Translations under genes and position numbers: made by a program
Part shown: piece after piece, positions 61,856-64,000 of the stretch
How positions within the stretch are numbered: the first letter of the stretch is position 1
Layout: each line of letters starts with the position of its first letter
Notes under the pieces: model-generated
The model's database searches: none
Seen by the model: the letters and a program-made list of their open reading frames with translations, nothing else
Told to the model about the DNA's origin: nothing
Source of the DNA: the human T2T-CHM13v2.0 reference genome, Homo sapiens
Length of the DNA stretch: 64,000 nucleotides
Direction of reading: 5' to 3'
NCBI GenBank assembly: GCA_009914755.4
Contig: CP068257.2
Coordinates: 8,800,001 to 8,864,000 of the forward strand

Positions 61856-62784
61856 TTTCTTTTGATTGAGCAGTTTTGAAACTCTCTTTTTGTGGAATCT
61901 GCAAGTGGACACTTGGAGTGCTTTGACTTCTATGGTGGAAAGGGAAATATCTTCACATAAAAACGAGAGAGAAGCATTCTGAGAAACTTCTTTTTGATGT
62001 GTGCATTCAGCTCACAGAGTTATATCTTTCTTTTGGTTGAACAGTTTTGAAACTCTGTTTTTGTAGAGTCTGCAGGTGGACATTTTGAGCGTTTTGAGGT
62101 CTATGTTGGAAAAGGAAATATCTTCACATAAAAACTAGACAGAAGCACTCTGAGAAACTTCTTTGTGATGTGTGCATTCATCTCACAGAGTTGAACCTCA
62201 CTTTTGATTGAGCAGTTTGGAAACACTCTTTTTCTTGAATCTGCAAGTGGACATTTGGCACGCATTGTGAACAATGGCAGAAATGGAAATATCTTCACTT
62301 AAAATCTAGACAGAAGCAATCAGAGAAACTTCTTTGTGATGTGTGCATTCATCTCACAGAGTTAAAAGTTTCTTTTGATTAAGCAGTTTTGAAACTGCCT
62401 TTTTGTAGAATCTGCAAGTGGATATTTGGAGCGCTTTGAGGTCTGTGTTGGAAAAGGAAATATCTTCACGTAAAAACTAGACACAAGCATTCTCAGAAAC
62501 TTTTCTGTGACGTGTGCATTAAACTCACAGAGTTCAACATTTCTTTTGATAGAGCAGTTTTGAAACACTCAATTTGAAGAATCTGCAAGTGGACATTTTG
62601 AGCGCTTTGAGGCCTATGGTGAAAAAGGAAATATCTTCACATAAAAATTAGACAGAAGCATTCTCAGAAACTTCTTTGTGATATTTGCATTCAACTCACA
62701 GAGTTGAACATTCCCTTACATAGAGAAGTTTTGAAACAGTCTTTTTGTAGAATCTGCAAATGTATATGTGGAGCTCTTTGAGGC

Positions 62785-62801
62785 CTTCGGTGGAAACGGG
62801 A
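62785..62801 (+). promoter_or_regulatory. CENP-B-box-like motif CTTCGGTGGAAACGGGA. It is the only one in the window.
   Basis: Fits the minimal CENP-B box NTTCGNNNNANNCGGGN at the expected monomer phase, replacing the A-type TGGTGAAAAAGG segment. Functionality is not testable from sequence. Confidence 0.55.
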
Positions 62802-64000
62802 AATTCTTCACATAAGAGCAAGACAAGCACTCTCAGAAACTTTTTTGTGATGTGGTACATTCAACTCACAGAGTTGAACCTTCCTTTTAATAGAGCAGTT
62901 TTGAAACACTCTATTTGTGGAATCTGCAAGTGAACAATTGGAGCACTTTGAGGCCTGTGGTGGAAAAGGAAATATCTTCACATTAAAACTAGACAGAAGC
63001 ATTCTCAGAAACTTCTTTGTGATGTGTGCATTCAATTCAGAGAGTTAAACCAACCTTTTGATAGAGCAGTTTTGAAACACTGCTTTTGTAGAATCTGCAA
63101 CTGGATATATGGAGCCCTTTGAGGCCTATGGTAGAAAAGGAAATGTCTTCATATAAAAACTAGACAGAAGCATTCTCAGAAATTTCTTTGTGATGTGGCA
63201 TTCAAGTCACAGAGTTGGACCATCCTCTTCATAGAGCAGTTTTGAAACAGTCTTTTTGTAGAATCTGCAAGTGGATATTTGGAGCGTTTGGAGGCCTATG
63301 GTGGAAAAGGAAATATCTTCACATAAAGAGTAGAAAGAAGCATTCTCAGAAACTCCTTTGCTATGTGTCCATTAAACTCAGAGTGCTGAACCTTCCTTTT
63401 GATAGAGCAGTTTTGAAACACTCTTTTTGTAGAATCTGCAAGTGGACATTTGGAGCGCTTTGAGGTATATGGTAGAAAAGGAAATATCTTCATATAAAAA
63501 CTAGACAGAAGCATTCTCAGAAACTAATTTATGATGTGTGCATTCAACTCAGACGGTTGAAACATTCTTTTGATAGAGCAGTTTTGAAAAGCTCTTTTTG
63601 TAGACTCTGCAAGTGGATAGTTGGAGTGCTTTGAGGCCTAAGCTGGAAACGGGAATATCTTCACATAAAAACTAGACAGAAGCATACTTAGAAACTTCTT
63701 TGTGATGTTTGCATTCAACTCAGAGAGTTGAACTTTCCTTTTGATGGAACAGTTTTGAAATACTCTTTTTGTAGAATCTGCAATTGGATATTTGGAGCGA
63801 TTTGAGTCCTATGGTAGAAAACGAAATATCTTCATATAAAAACTAGACACAGGTATTCTCAGAAACTGCATTGTGATGTTTGAATACAACTCACAGAGTT
63901 GAAAATTTCTTTTGATAGAGCAGTTTTGAAACACACTTTTTGTAGAATCTGCAAGTGGATATGTGGAGCTCTTTCAGGCCTATGGTAGAAGGGGAATACC

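Larger units (their letters stand above)
53082..64000 (+). repeat. Alpha-satellite, consensus orientation. Y' (GCATTCTGACAAAC variant) runs to ~57600, dimeric family Z to ~62440, and then consensus-like monomers (GCATTCTCAGAAAC...TTGATAGAGCAGTTTTGAAACACTC) to the end.
   Basis: 171-bp periodicity continues to the window end. The family-specific words are as given in the call. Confidence 0.94.

Noticed and set aside
63637-63653. Second CENP-B-box candidate CTAAGCTGGAAACGGGA
   Set aside because: It has the A..CGGG half but TAAG replaces the essential TTCG, so it does not fit NTTCGNNNNANNCGGGN.

Overview
The whole 64-kb window is primate (human-type) centromeric/pericentromeric alpha-satellite DNA. 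There is no cellular protein-coding gene, tRNA, rRNA or CRISPR array.

- **Satellite:** roughly 335 tandem ~171-bp monomers. The periodicity is directly visible: GAGTTGAACC-like and TTCACATAAAAACTAGACAGAAG-like words recur about every 170 bp. Almost all monomers are A-type, with TGGTGAAAAAGGAAATATCTTCA where B-type monomers carry a CENP-B box. They sit in divergent monomeric or dimeric layers, not in a homogeneous higher-order-repeat array.
- **Strand switches:** the array changes strand four times, at about 20.6, 40.33, 44.2 and 53.08 kb.
- **LINE-1 insertions:** four 5'-truncated insertions interrupt the array at 744-1914, 16991-18559 (a composite inverted element), 26690-28882 and 30893-32287. 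Frameshifted L1 ORF2 fragments are the only real coding remnants.
- **ORF track:** the ORFs inside the satellite are periodic artefacts of the repeat.
- **Notable structure:**
  - two L1 endonuclease hot-spots at fixed monomer phases
  - a twin-priming-like inverted L1
  - a locally palindromic strand-switch junction
  - a ~0.87-kb block of one monomer family transposed about 57 kb into another family
  - a >99% identical 342-bp tandem duplication
  - a single CENP-B-box-like motif near the right edge, where monomers approach the canonical consensus

I see no evidence of a novel protein-based system. The interest here is repeat architecture and retrotransposon-satellite interplay.
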